The notes under the pieces are model-generated. The model did no database searches. It had not been told where the DNA came from and saw only the letters and a list, made by a program, of their open reading frames with translations. From an uncultured virus (IMG/VR IMGVR_UViG_3300017593_000761) (Duplodnaviria; Heunggongvirae; Uroviricota; Caudoviricetes): 64,000 nucleotides of DNA. This document shows positions 38,218 to 47,814 of this stretch, piece by piece. Both the position numbers and the translations under genes were made by a program. Within the stretch, counting starts at the first letter, position 1; each line of letters begins with the position of its first letter. The stretch lies in IMG/VR virus record IMGVR_UViG_3300017593_000761, one strand, 5' to 3'.

Positions 38218-38793
38218 ATGGCAACACAAGAAGAGGAATTTGAGGAATTCTTTAAAGAGTTAGAAGATACAGCAGAGGATACTGAGGAACAGAAGTCGGA
38301 AGAGGATGAGACAAAAGCTCTCACCAAAGCAGATGTCATTAAGATAGTGAGGGACGAACTCAAGACGTTCTGGCAGGGTGTGCTATCGGGTAAATACCCA
38401 TTACCGAAGGCAGCGAAGTATCCGTATGCAAAGTATCCCTACGCGGTTTATCCGTATGCAGTGTATCCCTATGCCAAATATCCAATGCCAGGGAACAAGA
38501 AGAACACAGATGACGTTCCCGTAATGCCATTCTTCATTATGCCACAGGTGGACACGACTCAAGCGACTTCTCAAACTGACAGCACGAAGTCCAATGACAA
38601 GGATAAGGTGATTGAGGAACAGAAGTCCCAGATAGAGGAACTGAAGAAGACCGTTGATGAGCTCCAAAAGAAGCTTGAGGACTTGAGTGCACAGCCTGCT
38701 CCAGAAGAGAATAAGCAGGAGGGTGCTTCAGTTAATTCACCGCAATACGTTTCCGACGTTGTAATAGAGGGCGATACAATATCTCGACCCTAA
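38218..38793 (+). CDS. Putative scaffolding protein with YPYA repeats
   Basis: Acidic N-terminus, (K/V)YPYA repeats, coiled coil; lies between protease and capsid genes. Confidence 0.6.
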   Translation: MATQEEEFEEFFKELEDTAEDTEEQKSEEDETKALTKADVIKIVRDELKTFWQGVLSGKYPLPKAAKYPYAKYPYAVYPYAVYPYAKYPMPGNKKNTDDVPVMPFFIMPQVDTTQATSQTDSTKSNDKDKVIEEQKSQIEELKKTVDELQKKLEDLSAQPAPEENKQEGASVNSPQYVSDVVIEGDTISRP

Positions 38794-38815
38794 AATACCT
38801 CTATGACATAACTTA

Positions 38816-38936
38816 AATTTTTCACCATTTGCACATATTTGAGGCTGAGTGCAATTTTACCCTTGAGCATGATAAATTATACCTACCTGATACCAAATTC
38901 TCTCTAAACTCAAATATGTGCATGTGGTAAAGATTT
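38816..38936. repeat. Dispersed dyad element copy 4 (core 38830-38922, 93 bp)
   Basis: Perfect inverted arms TGCACATATTTGAG / CTCAAATATGTGCA. Confidence 0.9.
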
Positions 38937-38966
38937 CTACGTTAAACCTTGATAATGAGGTAGAAA

Positions 38967-39371
38967 ATGACGGAAGTAGAAGATGTAGTTGCTGGTGCAC
39001 CAGTCATTGTGACCTTCTTGGCTGGTGCGGATATTGAGGCTGGTCAGGTAGTAGGCTATGATGTGAGTGCTTCTCCTGCCGATATGACTGTTTCTCCTAC
39101 GTATCAGGATGGCTATGATACCATTCCCGTCGGGGTAGCGGTGGATTCAGTGGAGCAGGATGACCCCGTGCCTGTTGCTATTCCTCCCTCGATAGTGAGG
39201 GTAAGGTCGGTAAGTGCGGTTAATGCTGGTCAGCTGGTGCAACTCAATGAGAGCAATGCGGGTCAGGTTGAACCATACAACTCCAGCGATAACACTTGGG
39301 CAGTCGGTCAGGCTCTTGAAGACATAGGTGCAGGTTCGACTGGTAGAGTGAGGTTACTCCTCACGAAATAA
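38967..39371 (+). CDS. Capsid decoration/cement-like protein
   Basis: AGADIEAGQVV..PVGVA..AGQLV..VGQALED..G..RVRL; immediately before the capsid gene. Confidence 0.7.
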   Translation: MTEVEDVVAGAPVIVTFLAGADIEAGQVVGYDVSASPADMTVSPTYQDGYDTIPVGVAVDSVEQDDPVPVAIPPSIVRVRSVSAVNAGQLVQLNESNAGQVEPYNSSDNTWAVGQALEDIGAGSTGRVRLLLTK

Positions 39372-39404
39372 ATACCTCTATCTTAAATTAATAGGTAAGG
39401 AGAA

Positions 39405-40391
39405 ATGGGTGATTTTGCGAATTTACTACGGGTTGTAAAGGCTGGTGATAATGCGAATGAAAGGACTTACTGGATGAAGAGACTCTCTAAGGGCACACAC
39501 GAGTTAATGCAGGCTTACAATATAAGCGCTGAACACCTCGTTCGAGAGGAATTGTATAAGGAAATACTCAGAGGCGCAGAGGAAGTCCTATGTATGCGAG
39601 AAGTCCTTCCGATTTACAGAATGAAGAAGAACGAGCTGAGGTTTGTCCTCACAGACGCTCCCACAGGTATGCTTCCACTTGTAGCACCAGGTTCGTCTCT
39701 CCCCGAGGGTCCAGATGTTCACTTTAAGTCAGACGTCACATTCGTAGCACAGAAATACGGTGAGAAGGTTGGCATACCAGAGGAACTCATAGAAGAGGAA
39801 GAGTTCGATATCATAGAGCTGTTAGTTCACAATGAAGGTCGTCGAGCAGAGAACAGGCTGAATGACGTAGCAATGAAGGCGCTATTAGATGCGAAGAGTA
39901 GCGTTGAAAGTACAGACAACGTATGTATCATTGACCGAATAGTCGAGATGATAAAGACAATGCGAGGAAACAAGTTTGAACCAGACACCATCATAATGAC
40001 ACCGGATGCAGAAGCTGAGATACTCAAATACATGGTAGGTGAATCGAAGGCAGCTAATACAACTGGCACAACGGGCTATCAGAAGACAGGTGTTCCTGAA
40101 GTGTTCAGGACTAAAGACATAGGCAGACCAATAGTAGGTCTGAAACCCTATGTGTTATCAAAGAGTGTAACTGGTGATACCCTAACTTGGGGTGGAGCTG
40201 ACACCAATGCTCACATCTGTATCCTCGATAGCAGAATGGCTGGTGGAATAGGTATGCGAAGTGACATAGCAGTTGAGCGATACGAAGACCCTCTTAATGA
40301 CCTCAGAAACCTGAAGATAACTATGAGAGTGTGTGCCAAGACATTCTTTGCGGACGCTATCGAGTTCGGTGATATAGCAAGTCTGCTATAA
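39405..40391 (+). CDS. HK97-fold major capsid protein 2
   Basis: KYGEKVGIPEELIEEEEFDIIE, PDTIIMTP, DIAVERYEDPL. Confidence 0.88.
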   Translation: MGDFANLLRVVKAGDNANERTYWMKRLSKGTHELMQAYNISAEHLVREELYKEILRGAEEVLCMREVLPIYRMKKNELRFVLTDAPTGMLPLVAPGSSLPEGPDVHFKSDVTFVAQKYGEKVGIPEELIEEEEFDIIELLVHNEGRRAENRLNDVAMKALLDAKSSVESTDNVCIIDRIVEMIKTMRGNKFEPDTIIMTPDAEAEILKYMVGESKAANTTGTTGYQKTGVPEVFRTKDIGRPIVGLKPYVLSKSVTGDTLTWGGADTNAHICILDSRMAGGIGMRSDIAVERYEDPLNDLRNLKITMRVCAKTFFADAIEFGDIASLL

Positions 40392-40436
40392 ACGTGCTTT
40401 TATACTTCTATTCTTCTATTCATTGGAGCAGACAGC

Positions 40437-40592
40437 ATGATAGGACTGACTTTACTTATAATCGGAGTAATAGGGGTTTGGGCTGCTGTCCTTATGGAGC
40501 TTAAGACTAATGCCGAACTATGGGAAATCCTTATGAAGATATTCCCAACGGTGTTCGGAGTGGGTGCATTCCTCTGCGGTATGGGGTATTGA
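40437..40592 (+). CDS. 51-aa two-TM membrane protein
   Basis: Not in ORF track; MIGLTLLIIGVIGVWAAVLMELKTNAELWEILMKIFPTVFGVGAFLCGMGY. Confidence 0.6.
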   Translation: MIGLTLLIIGVIGVWAAVLMELKTNAELWEILMKIFPTVFGVGAFLCGMGY

Positions 40593-40760
40593 AATGTGGA
40601 GTAAGAAACACTGGCACAAGGATTATTTTGAAATCATTAATAAAGGCTCGATAGATAAGGATGCCGTCTCCGACTGGGAATATAAGTGGGCAGGACTGTC
40701 CTTCCCTGATGGCTATCACCCACGAAGAATTCTCGTAGGAGGAAGATTAGATTACCCAAT

Positions 40761-41267
40761 ATGATATCGCCAAGTATCCGATTTAATACGTCAAATCTCA
40801 CCATACTGAAACGGTATGATAAATTAGCATCACGTTTATACATTGCTAAGGAGGACTCTCTCACTTTGATGCTACACACCCTAAGGAGGAATTGTCCTGT
40901 TGGATGGAGACCAGCAAGAGAAGCTCATCCCGGTGAGCCTCGTATGAAGAATGCTGTGTTCTTCAAGAGGGAGGACCGTCCTAACGTGTATGGTGGTGTA
41001 GTTTACATTGATACTAAGATTTGTCCTCACGCTTATTATTACACCTACGGAAGAGCAGGCGGAAGAATGATATTCCCTGTGAGAAAGAAGGCTCTTACGA
41101 TAGTGAAACGGGGTATGACAAAAGAAACAGCTCCACTTCGTAAGTGGGCTCGACTCGGTCCGATGAGAGCTCACACAGAATATCTCGAAAAGACGGTTCG
41201 AGAAGTAGAACCAAAGATAAGAGCATACTTTAAGGATGCGGTTAGAGTGTGGATAGGTGGTGTGTAA
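40761..41267 (+). CDS. HK97 gp10-like head-tail protein
   Basis: CPV..HAYYYTYG..IFPVRKKAL..YLEKTV; position. Confidence 0.6.
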   Translation: MISPSIRFNTSNLTILKRYDKLASRLYIAKEDSLTLMLHTLRRNCPVGWRPAREAHPGEPRMKNAVFFKREDRPNVYGGVVYIDTKICPHAYYYTYGRAGGRMIFPVRKKALTIVKRGMTKETAPLRKWARLGPMRAHTEYLEKTVREVEPKIRAYFKDAVRVWIGGV

Positions 41268-41596
41268 TGTATGGAGAATTAGCGAATGTAAAACGTCTCT
41301 TGGAGATACCGCAGAGTGAGACAACCTATGATACCACCATAGAGTATCTTCTCGATATCGCTAATGTCTGGCTTGCTACTCGTGAGAGTGTCCCTCTGGA
41401 TGATGACATTAAGAATGCAGCTTGTGAATTCTTTGCAGCTTACCTTTATAGAGCTCGTGCAGAGATGCTCTCTCCCTCTGGTGAGATATCAGGGATAGCA
41501 TCGGAATACAAAAAGACTGCCTTTGCTCTCCTTGAGGATGGGATAAAACAAGAAACTAAAGATAGAGATTTCGCATTTAAGAAGGTGAATAGGTAA
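41249..41596 (+). CDS. Head-tail adaptor
   Basis: YGELANVKRLL..YD..IEYLLD.A..IKNAAC..AAYLY. Confidence 0.7.
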   Translation: MDRWCVMYGELANVKRLLEIPQSETTYDTTIEYLLDIANVWLATRESVPLDDDIKNAACEFFAAYLYRARAEMLSPSGEISGIASEYKKTAFALLEDGIKQETKDRDFAFKKVNR

Positions 41597-42018
41597 TGTA
41601 TATAGACAGAGGTAAAGAATATCTTGATACGATAGTAAGCGTCATAGAACAGGAACTGCACGATAACAACAAGAACATTCCTGTATTTGCACAGCACTAT
41701 CTTAGAGCTTCTGATGTCGGGAAAGTCCCTTACGTTTCGGTGGTGCTGGACAGGCTTGAGCGAGACCTAACAACGATTGGCAAGTCCCTTCGTATGGTTC
41801 GTATTTATTACGCTATAACCTTAGTTGAGAAATACCAAGAGGAGAAGCTCTTCACTGATTTACCTATAATAGAAAGCGCCTTGGAGAAAGTAGAAGAGCA
41901 ACTTCCCTATACAACTGAAGGTGCAAGCATAATTGGAGAAGACATCGCTTATGAGGAAGTGGGGAACATTGTCCTTCAAGCTACTCAAATCACATTTCTT
42001 GTCGAAGCTTCAATATAA
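41596..42018 (+). CDS. Putative tail terminator
   Basis: Size, PYVSV motif and position before the tail tube. Confidence 0.55.
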   Translation: MYIDRGKEYLDTIVSVIEQELHDNNKNIPVFAQHYLRASDVGKVPYVSVVLDRLERDLTTIGKSLRMVRIYYAITLVEKYQEEKLFTDLPIIESALEKVEEQLPYTTEGASIIGEDIAYEEVGNIVLQATQITFLVEASI

Positions 42019-42048
42019 TTTTAGTTAAAAGGTTAGAGGAGAGGAGAA

Positions 42049-42519
42049 ATGGCAACACCAATTAAGGGTTGGAAAGGAGAAGTTCGTATAATAGGCGCTG
42101 ATGATAACAATTCATGGTTTGATGCTGCTCCTGACCCGAAAGCAATCCGAAGTCCGATTTCAACTTCTGTTCCGATGGATAAGATATATGTCATTGGTAA
42201 GAAGAGTCCCGAAGCGATATTAGAGGGTGAGCAAGAAATAACAGGAACGATAGAGAGACCATTATTCGCTAATGAAAGTGAGAATTACGTAGCAAGCATT
42301 AGTGGTTCTAATAAGCTTCTAACAGACCTTGCAGGTGTAACCACAGCTTCCATGATAGAGTGTAAGATGCGAGTGAGACCAAACGAATCATCCAGTCAGC
42401 TCAAGGGTTATATCCTTTCGGGTGTCAAGTTCCACGATTGGGGCATAGATTTCGCTGCTGGTGAGATGACAAAAGAGCATGCCGACTTCTCTGCGACTGA
42501 TATAGAAGAAGAGTCGTAA
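42049..42519 (+). CDS. Tail tube protein
   Basis: IKGWKG, IG.K.P..I.EG..EITGTIER, LSGVKF..W..D..EHADF.A. Confidence 0.75.
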   Translation: MATPIKGWKGEVRIIGADDNNSWFDAAPDPKAIRSPISTSVPMDKIYVIGKKSPEAILEGEQEITGTIERPLFANESENYVASISGSNKLLTDLAGVTTASMIECKMRVRPNESSSQLKGYILSGVKFHDWGIDFAAGEMTKEHADFSATDIEEES

Positions 42520-42559
42520 TCCTCTTAATTCTATTTATCTTTTATGAAGGAGAAGTGCT

Positions 42560-42949
42560 ATGAGCAAGATTACATTAGAGGAATATTTAAAGAAACAACG
42601 AGAAACCGAAGAATTGTCATTGCCTTCGGGTTTAGTTGTAAAGATAAGGAAGAGATTGTCTCCCATTCGTCTCTTAAAGATACTCGGACGTTCAGGTGTA
42701 AGCTGGGAGGACTTGGGCACTAACCTCTCTATCGAACAATATCGCAGTTTTTGTGAGGAGGGCTTTAAGGAACTGTTGATAGAGCCGAAAGTCCCGGATG
42801 ATATTTCACCCGATGACTTCACTACGGAAGACTTTACAGCCTTACATAAGCGATTAATGGAAGAATTCAGAGGCAGAATAGATAGTGAAGTTCAAGGCTT
42901 AGGAGAGAATGACTTAGAGAACAAGGATTTTACTACATCGTCAGAGTAA
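42560..42949 (+). CDS. Tail assembly chaperone (G-like)
   Basis: LPSG..VKIR; lies between tail tube and tape measure. Confidence 0.72.
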   Translation: MSKITLEEYLKKQRETEELSLPSGLVVKIRKRLSPIRLLKILGRSGVSWEDLGTNLSIEQYRSFCEEGFKELLIEPKVPDDISPDDFTTEDFTALHKRLMEEFRGRIDSEVQGLGENDLENKDFTTSSE

Positions 42950-43122
42950 TCGCAGAGACATGTCATGTCCGTCCTTCTGATATTCTTGACCCACTTGATG
43001 AGCTTTCCTATATTGATAAAATCAAACTTGATATTTCTGTATTGACAGCTCGAAGTAGAGAAGCAACTAAAACCTTACCTCCTCACGAAGCTATTGAGCT
43101 GCTTAAACGATTGAAAAAATAA
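42925..43122 (+). CDS. -1 frameshift extension of the tail chaperone (GT-like)
   Basis: The -1 frame is open from 42913 to 43122 with no ATG; G GAT TTT at 42925-42931. Confidence 0.7.
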   Translation, partial: GFYYIVRVIAETCHVRPSDILDPLDELSYIDKIKLDISVLTARSREATKTLPPHEAIELLKRLKK

Positions 43123-43123
43123 A

Positions 43124-46100
43124 TTGGAACGAATAGAAGTTGTATTAGAAGGAAGAGATAGAACCCAAAAGGCATTTGCGGAATTCCGCAAGAATGTGGA
43201 AACGTCAGTGGATGAGTTGAGGAAAGCGAAGGCAGAGATATTCGCATATAGCTCCAGCATAAAGAATGCTATTCAGTGGCAACAGATGTCCGCTAAAGAA
43301 TATGTTAGAGCCACATCTCAACTCAGAAAGTATGATGATTATCTCAGGCGATTAACCACGCAAATCCCGAAGAGCCAGCAGCAGCAAGCAAGATGGGTTA
43401 AGACGGTTCGAGAAGGACTGCATCCCATCAGGCAATACATTAAGAATTACGAGGAGATAGCACCTCTTTTGGATAATGTTTCACGAAAGGCGTTAGACTT
43501 TAATAATGCTCTCATCCAGACAACGGGGTTTGTTAAGAAGGGCTCCGCTTACACCTTAACATTAGAAGGAAGGATTCGGCGATTAGCTCGTTCCTTTGCG
43601 GATATGAAGGGACCACTCTATACAGCAGGACGAGTGTTTAACCACTATCTACCTATCTTCTTCGTTGGAATATATGCATTTAGGAATCTCCAGCAACAGC
43701 TTGACCGTCTCACGAAGTCATTTGCTGATTTTGAGTCTCAATTAGTGGTGGTCGAAAGGACGACTGGTATGGCTTCTGAGACAGTCTCAAGGCTCGGTGG
43801 TGTGATGTTAGACCTCACAACCATAATGCCTGCGACTATCTCTGAGCTCGAAGAAGTAGCGATAACCGCAGGACGATTAGGAATAACTGGCGAAGCTAAC
43901 ATTATGAAGTTTACCGATGCAGTCATTAAGATGGCTAATGCGACTGTCCTTTCGGCAGACCAAGCTGCCAACTCTATGGCACGCATAGCAAAGGCGATGG
44001 GCATTCCTATCGAGAACGTTAATTATTTAGGCTCGATGATAGACCGTCTGGCTAATACCGCTGCTGCAAATGCTGAGCAAATAACAACTGCTATGAAAAG
44101 AGCTGCTGGAGCTTCTAAGGTTTTAGGTATTCCCGCAGAGGCTCTTGCTGCTATGGCTACAACGCTGATAGAAGCAGGTGATGAGGCTGCACGCACCGGG
44201 ACACGTCTTTCAAGAGCTTTCACTTACGCCTCAATTAAGACTGCGGTAATGGCACGTCAGATGGGAATTTCAGTCTCTGAGCTCAGGAAACGCATGGAGG
44301 AGGATATGCTTGCAGTATGGTTAGACTATCTCAAGATGCTTAAAGAGACTCCTTCTAAAACAGAACGACTTGCTAAAGCACATGAAGTCTTCGGGATGAT
44401 AGGTAGCAAAGCCATAATTAAGCTTGCTAATAACTACGATACTCTCGTGAAGCATATAGAGGATGCGCATGAGGACATGTTATATGGCATAACGTTGGAG
44501 CGAGAGTTTGCGAAAGCGCTGGATACCACTTCTGCTAAACTCCAGATATTGGATAATCAAATTGAAGCTACGAAAATACGATTAGGCGAGAAGTTAGCGC
44601 CAGTCACAATGGCAATGAAAGAGATAGTTCTCAAATTTTATGAAACTTTAGCTGGACCAGAACCCGGACACTATGGTGAAGTCATCACTCATCTTACAAA
44701 CAATGTTGAGAGTCTTCTTAAAGGTCAAATGGATTTAATGGAGGGCACGGAGGAGTACCATTCTGTTTTGGCTGAAACTAATATGGGTTTACAGAAAGAA
44801 AGTGGATTTATATGGGCTGTTACAGAAGCAGTAAGTGAATTACGTCCGGGTATTGAATCAATTATACCTTCGTGGTTAGACTGGAATGAAGAACGTAGAA
44901 AAGGCAAAAAGCTGTGGGAAGATCTTATTTCGATTCAGGCTGATTCGGTAGCAGAATGGTTACGAGAAGCAGATGCTATAAGTGGTGGTGTAGCATCTCA
45001 GCTTTTCTTTAACGATGCAGTATATAGAGGAACTCGAGCATTAGCAAAGTATGGCGCAATAGCTACTCGTGCGAATGCGATTATAGGTTCTCTCACGAAG
45101 TCCCTCATAGAGAGTGGAGTAGCATCCAACAAACTCCAAGAGACGTGGGAGGAATTAGGAGATGCTCTTACAAAACGTCAGGCGCTCATAAGTTCTCTTG
45201 CAGAGCTTGAAAACCAGTGGGGTAATGTAACTGAAAGCATAAGCGATTTACAAAATGAATTAGGTGAAGTGATGGAAAAACAGTTAGGCACTATTGATGA
45301 GCTACTCTCTTCTCACGAGGATTTAGCTGAGACCTATTATAATTTAAACGATGCATTAGCCTACCTGAATGATACTTATCCTACGTTTGAAAAACTCACG
45401 AGAGGAACTCTTGCTGTCATTAATGATACAATTGTTCCAATTGAGCTTTTAGACAGGGGATTCGTTAAGCTCGGAGATGTCATACCGAAGAGGTATGCTG
45501 AACCACTTAGCAATTTAATAGGATTACACAAACGTCTAATAGAAAGCTATGAAACTCTGAGAAGTGTAGAATTACGATATGGAGCGGGCAGTGAAGAAGT
45601 TGCAGAGGCACGAGAACAGGTTAGAAAGGACTTCCAGAATTATGTGGAAGCTCTCGCTGATGCTTCTCCTTTAATTACCGAGCTTAATCATAAAGAATTG
45701 GAATGGGGACTCACAGAAAGCAAACGATATACTCAAATCAAGAAGCTGGCGATACTTTCTAAGGATGAGCTTGAGACTTACAAAAAAGAGATAGATGCTT
45801 CTGCTGATCTCAGGAACTCGTTTGACCGCTTAGCAGAGATTAGAGAAGAAATAAGGGAGTTAACTCAGGCGCAGCAGAGCGCTGAGCGAATGTGGATGAG
45901 CGCTTTAGAGGAAAGTGGTGATACTGTCAGTGCATTCAATGCGATTTTAACCAAACTGGGGATAACTGAAGAGAACGAGAGAGCGACTCTCACCAAGAGA
46001 GTAGAAGAAATAATAGCGGGCAATGAAAGTCAGGAGGAGCAGAATCGTCTCATAATTGATTACATCGCTGGTCTTTCAAAGGTTGGTGCAAAAGAAAAGG

Positions 46101-46903
46101 AATTGAGCGGATTACAAGCTGATATTAATCGTCTGAGAGCAGAAGCACAACGTTTATTGTTGGACAACTTAGACGCATTGATAGACATGGGATACATTTC
46201 CGGAAAGACTGCTGATGACTTGAGGCTACTCATTAATGCTGGAACGGATTTTCAGAGTATAACTGAAGAGGACAAGAAAGCCATCAAGGATATGGTTGCG
46301 GCTTATATGTGGATGGGAGCTTCCTCTGGAGACCTCAGAGGTTCTATGATAGAACTTGGTGAATCCATCAGGAATTTTGGTCTCACCCTCACGTATATTC
46401 CTGATGATGCTAAAACAGCTTTCGATGAAACCCAAGTTATAATCAGAGACATGATGGGCAATGTCGTTTTGGATACAAAGAAGCACATGGGTGATCTCGA
46501 GGATATCATTGGTGATATTCCCGAAGAAACACAAGAACAATTACGAAGAGCTGGAGCGGAATGGGAAAGTATATTTGGTAAGGGCAAAGTTCTCACAATT
46601 GCTTATTCAGCTCCAATAGAGGATGTCTTTAGGCATCAGTTGATAGAACTCGAGGAGATTAGCGAGAATACAAAAATGATGCGAGAGAGAGGTATTACTG
46701 CTAAGTCCATGCAGACTGGAGGAATAGTGAGAGAAACGGGACTATACACTCTACATGCAGGCGAGTTGGTTATTCCTCGTAAGGAGGTTGGAGTCTCTCA
46801 TGTAATGAACATAAACATAGAACATGTAAGTCTCAGTCCTGAGTATTCTGCTGAGCGATTCCTCAAAGACTTAGAAGCATTTAGATTCTCTGCGACGATA
46901 TGA
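43124..46903 (+). CDS. Tape measure protein (TP901-type core)
   Basis: 1259 aa helical; FESQL..V.RTTG, AGRLGI, GTRLSR; C-terminal MQTGGIV..LHAGELVIP. Confidence 0.92.
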   Translation: MERIEVVLEGRDRTQKAFAEFRKNVETSVDELRKAKAEIFAYSSSIKNAIQWQQMSAKEYVRATSQLRKYDDYLRRLTTQIPKSQQQQARWVKTVREGLHPIRQYIKNYEEIAPLLDNVSRKALDFNNALIQTTGFVKKGSAYTLTLEGRIRRLARSFADMKGPLYTAGRVFNHYLPIFFVGIYAFRNLQQQLDRLTKSFADFESQLVVVERTTGMASETVSRLGGVMLDLTTIMPATISELEEVAITAGRLGITGEANIMKFTDAVIKMANATVLSADQAANSMARIAKAMGIPIENVNYLGSMIDRLANTAAANAEQITTAMKRAAGASKVLGIPAEALAAMATTLIEAGDEAARTGTRLSRAFTYASIKTAVMARQMGISVSELRKRMEEDMLAVWLDYLKMLKETPSKTERLAKAHEVFGMIGSKAIIKLANNYDTLVKHIEDAHEDMLYGITLEREFAKALDTTSAKLQILDNQIEATKIRLGEKLAPVTMAMKEIVLKFYETLAGPEPGHYGEVITHLTNNVESLLKGQMDLMEGTEEYHSVLAETNMGLQKESGFIWAVTEAVSELRPGIESIIPSWLDWNEERRKGKKLWEDLISIQADSVAEWLREADAISGGVASQLFFNDAVYRGTRALAKYGAIATRANAIIGSLTKSLIESGVASNKLQETWEELGDALTKRQALISSLAELENQWGNVTESISDLQNELGEVMEKQLGTIDELLSSHEDLAETYYNLNDALAYLNDTYPTFEKLTRGTLAVINDTIVPIELLDRGFVKLGDVIPKRYAEPLSNLIGLHKRLIESYETLRSVELRYGAGSEEVAEAREQVRKDFQNYVEALADASPLITELNHKELEWGLTESKRYTQIKKLAILSKDELETYKKEIDASADLRNSFDRLAEIREEIRELTQAQQSAERMWMSALEESGDTVSAFNAILTKLGITEENERATLTKRVEEIIAGNESQEEQNRLIIDYIAGLSKVGAKEKELSGLQADINRLRAEAQRLLLDNLDALIDMGYISGKTADDLRLLINAGTDFQSITEEDKKAIKDMVAAYMWMGASSGDLRGSMIELGESIRNFGLTLTYIPDDAKTAFDETQVIIRDMMGNVVLDTKKHMGDLEDIIGDIPEETQEQLRRAGAEWESIFGKGKVLTIAYSAPIEDVFRHQLIELEEISENTKMMRERGITAKSMQTGGIVRETGLYTLHAGELVIPRKEVGVSHVMNINIEHVSLSPEYSAERFLKDLEAFRFSATI

Positions 46904-47253
46904 CGTATAGATTGAAATTCGGGAATTTAGAACTTGATTTAATACAGGAATGGTCTCCTGGAGTTGAACCACTAAACAAGACATACATTTTATATGATGG
47001 TAATACAGCGATAGCAACCTCAAATAAGATTAAGAGGCGACCTTCAGCTTCAGGATTATGCACCGAGACTGATATCACTACTCTTACCAGTGAGATAGGA
47101 AAGAAACAAACACTTTACATTAATTCAGGAGATGCGAACTGGGAATTCCAGAACGCATCTATTATAAATGTTAGCATTAATTATTATAAACACGCAAATG
47201 GCTCTAATTATTATAAGGTGCGATTAGAATTTGCATGTGAAGGTGGAGCATGA
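46900..47253 (+). CDS. Putative distal tail protein
   Basis: Directly after the tape measure; beta-rich. Confidence 0.5.
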   Translation: MTYRLKFGNLELDLIQEWSPGVEPLNKTYILYDGNTAIATSNKIKRRPSASGLCTETDITTLTSEIGKKQTLYINSGDANWEFQNASIINVSINYYKHANGSNYYKVRLEFACEGGA

Positions 47254-47411
47254 CTGAAGTAGAACTTCTTGGAGAAATAGAAGCAGAGATAAAGGTGCAT
47301 AGAGCCAATGGTGAAGTTGAAACTCATACCATGACGGATATGGATGAGACAATCCAACTCTATGTGTTATTGCGTAAAGCTGAATTGTTGAGGAAGGGTT
47401 ATTTATTGTAA
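47250..47411 (+). CDS. 53-aa hypothetical protein
   Basis: Not in ORF track; ATGA overlap; MTEVELLGEIEAEIKVHRANGEVETH. Confidence 0.55.
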   Translation: MTEVELLGEIEAEIKVHRANGEVETHTMTDMDETIQLYVLLRKAELLRKGYLL

Positions 47412-47436
47412 TGATAGAAAGGAGGTAGATGATAAC

Positions 47437-47814
47437 ATGGCAGTTACGAGTAGTGCAATTACGAATACCGCAAGAATAAATATGGCAAAGGCTCTCATTA
47501 ATCAGAACGAATCAAGTTATGACTATGTATGTATGGGCGTAGGGAATGGTAGCACATCAGCTCAAGTCACTGATACCTCATTAGCAGGCAACGAATCAAA
47601 ATATGCTAATGTCAGCGGAGTGTATGAGGATGATTACAAAGCAAAGTGGGTGCACACATGGTATTATAATGACTTGCCTTCTCACACATTCAGAGAAGCA
47701 GGAATATTCAAGAACGAATCTGAACTGGAGATGCTTGGCAGGATAGTCTTTGACCCAATTACTCTCAACGAAAGCGATTATTTAGATATTACTATTAGAG
47801 TAAGATTCCCATAA
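47437..47814 (+). CDS. Tail collar/fibre-like structural protein
   Basis: ITNTAR..MGVGNG..TDTSL.E..FREAGIF..MLGRIVF.PI. Confidence 0.65.
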   Translation: MAVTSSAITNTARINMAKALINQNESSYDYVCMGVGNGSTSAQVTDTSLAGNESKYANVSGVYEDDYKAKWVHTWYYNDLPSHTFREAGIFKNESELEMLGRIVFDPITLNESDYLDITIRVRFP

